Positions 61,884 through 64,000 of a stretch of DNA of 64,000 bases are shown here, in pieces; the first letter of the stretch is position 1; every line of letters starts with the position of its first letter. Below the pieces are notes generated by a model, which saw only the letters and a program-made list of their open reading frames with translations, was not told where the DNA came from and did no database searches. Source of the DNA: a virus (taxonomy: Duplodnaviria; Caudoviricetes); IMG/VR virus record IMGVR_UViG_3300033070_001454, positions 2,074 to 66,073 of that record. One strand, given 5' to 3'. Made by a program: the position numbers and the translations under genes.

Positions 61884-62518
61884 ACAGAATTCAGAAATGG
61901 GTTGTCGGCGTTTTCGTGACACTGTACCTTCTTACTGGGGGCATTTCGACAATCCATTCCATCGATTTCTTCAGTTTAGCTAATCCGAATTGGTTAGCAA
62001 TCACTCTTGCGATCGCGTTTGAAATAGGAGCCATGGCATGCTTGGCAGCGATCATAGTCATGGATAAGACTGTTCGATGGATGGTTTGGTCTCTTTTCTG
62101 CCTAGTGACCAGCGTCCAAATCGTTGGAAATATGTACTACTCCTATTCTCACCTGTCCAATTTTTCGAAGTGGTCAGAGCTTTTCGGCCTATCCGATCAA
62201 GAACCCATGCTCCAAATGCGAATTCTCTCGGTAATCATCGGCGGCATCATCCCAATAGTTGCATTAGGCTTCATCAAATCACTGGTTGATGTAGCGAGAC
62301 CAAAGTCTAAACAGAAGCAAGTTGAATCTGGACCATCAATCGAAGCAGATCCAACGCCAATTGAGGATGAGTTGGAGGCTCCAAAACCTGAGCTTAAAGC
62401 CGAGCCAGATCCAATCCCACCAACCGTTTCGGAATCGCAACCTGATTCCCAGATCCAGGCCCCAGAGCCCGATACATACGTAGAGCCAGTACCTCCACCG
62501 AGGTTCGGCCCTATGTAA
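61880..62518 (+). CDS. Multi-pass membrane protein with a Pro/Glu-rich tail
   Basis: About four hydrophobic helices. Confidence 0.7.
   Translation: MNRIQKWVVGVFVTLYLLTGGISTIHSIDFFSLANPNWLAITLAIAFEIGAMACLAAIIVMDKTVRWMVWSLFCLVTSVQIVGNMYYSYSHLSNFSKWSELFGLSDQEPMLQMRILSVIIGGIIPIVALGFIKSLVDVARPKSKQKQVESGPSIEADPTPIEDELEAPKPELKAEPDPIPPTVSESQPDSQIQAPEPDTYVEPVPPPRFGPM
62471..62478 (+). promoter_or_regulatory. Putative late promoter (GATACATA)
   Basis: Upstream of 62520 and the fibre-like gene. Confidence 0.55.
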
Positions 62519-62519
62519 A

Positions 62520-63044
62520 ATGGGCAACGTCATAACCACCGAGTCTGTCTTCTCAAAAGCCTTTCTGGACCTTCAGAAGGACTTCTGTTGCAATGACACG
62601 AATGATGTTCGCTTGATCAGATGGATCGGGTGCACTCCAGCGGTCTACAAGGGCGCTAAGACTATTTTCAGCTCGGATGAGCTGTCGCTGTGTAGGTTCT
62701 TCCAGGCGATCGACACCTACCAATTCAGTGAACACGAATTGGCCCCTGGTGAAACGGCCGAAGCGGCGCTAGACGCTAAGTGGCTCATGATCAAGGTGAA
62801 ATGGCCAAGGATCGATACCCTGTTGGAATCGGAGAAGATCATTGAGATAGGTCTCAACGGTCAAGCCGGTTACATCGGCATGACGATCCCGTTCAACATC
62901 GAATTGCCTGATCCAGAAGTCTACTACTACACGGTCATCAAGGACTTGTTCATCATGAACACGGAATCGAACCTTGCACCCAAGCTCAAGCTCAACAACA
63001 TCTCGAACTACACTGTAGACATCGGCGTGTTCGCTGCGAAGTAA
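62520..63044 (+). CDS. Hypothetical (beta-rich, possibly structural) protein
   Basis: 174-aa ORF in a late unit. Confidence 0.6.
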   Translation: MGNVITTESVFSKAFLDLQKDFCCNDTNDVRLIRWIGCTPAVYKGAKTIFSSDELSLCRFFQAIDTYQFSEHELAPGETAEAALDAKWLMIKVKWPRIDTLLESEKIIEIGLNGQAGYIGMTIPFNIELPDPEVYYYTVIKDLFIMNTESNLAPKLKLNNISNYTVDIGVFAAK

Positions 63045-63047
63045 TCC

Positions 63048-63596
63048 ATGGAGGAAACAAACCTAGGAGAGATGGAAAGAGAGGGAGAGGATTGCTTCTG
63101 TAAGACGGCTTTCTTCCATGCGAAGTTCCCGTCCGATACGAACCTGGTTCTGGAGACTTCGCCAAACAGCAGGGTCTTCCCGCTGCACGACAACGTCTTC
63201 ACCAAATCGAACTCATCGATCTACGTCGTGGACCCGAGCAACGGGTGCCTCTACATCAAGAAGCCTGGCACCTACATGTGCCACATGGACATCGATGTGG
63301 CTGGGATCGATGGGGATTGGGTACAATCGGCGATGTGGGCGTACGCTCTAGCTGAGACTCCAGAGGGGTACACACCGGTGCAGAGCCAACTCGTGCCCCT
63401 TCTCGTTGAGACGATCAACGAGGAGATCATCGATTACAGGCGCGCGAGGTTCCACTCGACCGTCGTGCTCCACGTCGGTGACGCGACCTACGGCATCGAT
63501 AGCCCATCGGCAAAGGTGAGCTTCAGGACCGAGACAGAGGGAGATTTCAGCTTCGTGACCCAACGGCTCAACCTCACCATAACGAAAATCGGATAA
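63048..63596 (+). CDS. Hypothetical beta-sandwich-like protein
   Basis: KKPGTY..H.DI.V pattern suggestive of a C1q/BclA-like domain; weak. Confidence 0.55.
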   Translation: MEETNLGEMEREGEDCFCKTAFFHAKFPSDTNLVLETSPNSRVFPLHDNVFTKSNSSIYVVDPSNGCLYIKKPGTYMCHMDIDVAGIDGDWVQSAMWAYALAETPEGYTPVQSQLVPLLVETINEEIIDYRRARFHSTVVLHVGDATYGIDSPSAKVSFRTETEGDFSFVTQRLNLTITKIG

Positions 63597-63599
63597 GGC

Positions 63600-64000
63600 A
63601 TGGCAATTCAAGGTAAATCAGCCCTGAGCGACCTGTTCGTTGCAGGATCGCAACTTACAGAGGAAAAACTTCAAAACCTCATCGAATCGAGCCACAATGT
63701 GGCCGACGATTCCGTGCTCCTTGGGCCAACCGGGCTCACTGGTCTGGCTGGAGTCTTCTTGGGCGCTGGCGCTTCGGTCCCAACATCATGGGACGGTAGC
63801 ACCGGGTTCACGGGCCAAATATCACTATTTGGAACATCTCTGATGATCCATAATGGCGAGTATTGGACAGTTTTCGGTGGATCGACTACACTGGACAGTC
63901 CACAGCTCGGTCCGACAGGTCCGACAGGCCCAACTGGACAAAACGGCACACAGGGCGTCACAGGCCCAACTGGACAAAACGGCACACAGGGCGTCACAGG
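63600..64000 (+). CDS. 3'-truncated collagen-like fibre protein
   Basis: ATG 63600, open to the window end (MAIQGKSALSDLFVAG...GPTGPTGPTGQNGTQGVTG); absent from the ORF track because there is no stop. Confidence 0.8.
   Translation, partial: MAIQGKSALSDLFVAGSQLTEEKLQNLIESSHNVADDSVLLGPTGLTGLAGVFLGAGASVPTSWDGSTGFTGQISLFGTSLMIHNGEYWTVFGGSTTLDSPQLGPTGPTGPTGQNGTQGVTGPTGQNGTQGVT
63924..64000 (+). repeat. Exact 36-nt tandem repeat encoding Gly-X-Y collagen
   Basis: ACAGGCCCAACTGGACAAAACGGCACACAGGGCGTC twice, plus a partial third copy. Confidence 0.9.

Larger units (their letters stand above)
1..64000 (+). other. Fragment of a large T4-like myophage genome (structural, packaging and replication genes)
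   Basis: Recognisable homologues of T4 gp55, gp4, gp2, gp20, gp21, gp23, gp44, rnh, gp17, gp18, gp19, gp39/60, gp52 and gp26, densely packed with ATGA overlaps; no cellular housekeeping operons. Confidence 0.97.

Noticed and set aside
1-64000. Stop-codon reassignment, as in some jumbo phages
   Set aside because: Conserved genes are intact in the standard code, and TAA, TAG and TGA all end genes at sensible positions
1-64000. CRISPR array or tRNA genes
   Set aside because: No repeat-spacer array and no cloverleaf with T-loop/CCA features was seen in the intergenic regions

Overview
This window is 64 kb of a large T4-like (Tevenvirinae-related, probably jumbo) contractile-tailed phage genome, almost all on the + strand. 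Head genes: gp4, gp2, portal gp20, a gp21 protease fused to a scaffold, major capsid gp23. Neck/tail genes: gp14-like, sheath gp18, tube gp19, gp26/gp51-like pair, tape measure. Packaging: terminase small and large subunits. Replication and metabolism: clamp loader, RNase H/5'-3' exonuclease, two type II topoisomerase subunits, ThyA, PhoH. It also has two sigma factors (minimal gp55-like, ECF-like) and seven free-standing homing-endonuclease loci (one a remnant). Repeated TAnnTTTG promoter elements before early and replication genes, and a general lack of Shine-Dalgarno sites, point to a Bacteroidota host. A recurrent ATANATA motif looks like the gp55-dependent late promoter and often sits only 4-7 nt before a start codon. 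Most interesting: (1) a phage sugar cluster (ColD-type His-for-Lys dehydratase, Fcl/ColC, GT10, GT11, GT32, GT2, FkbM) predicted to make and transfer colitose or fucose, perhaps onto the virion; (2) putative capsid-internal polyproteins punctuated by x-N-E-S prohead-protease sites, plus T4-like capsid-targeting N-termini; (3) two candidate programmed frameshifts (-1 at GGGAAAG; -2 at CT-CTT-TTC in the chaperone pair before the tape measure gene). All calls come from motif recognition by eye; no database searches were run.
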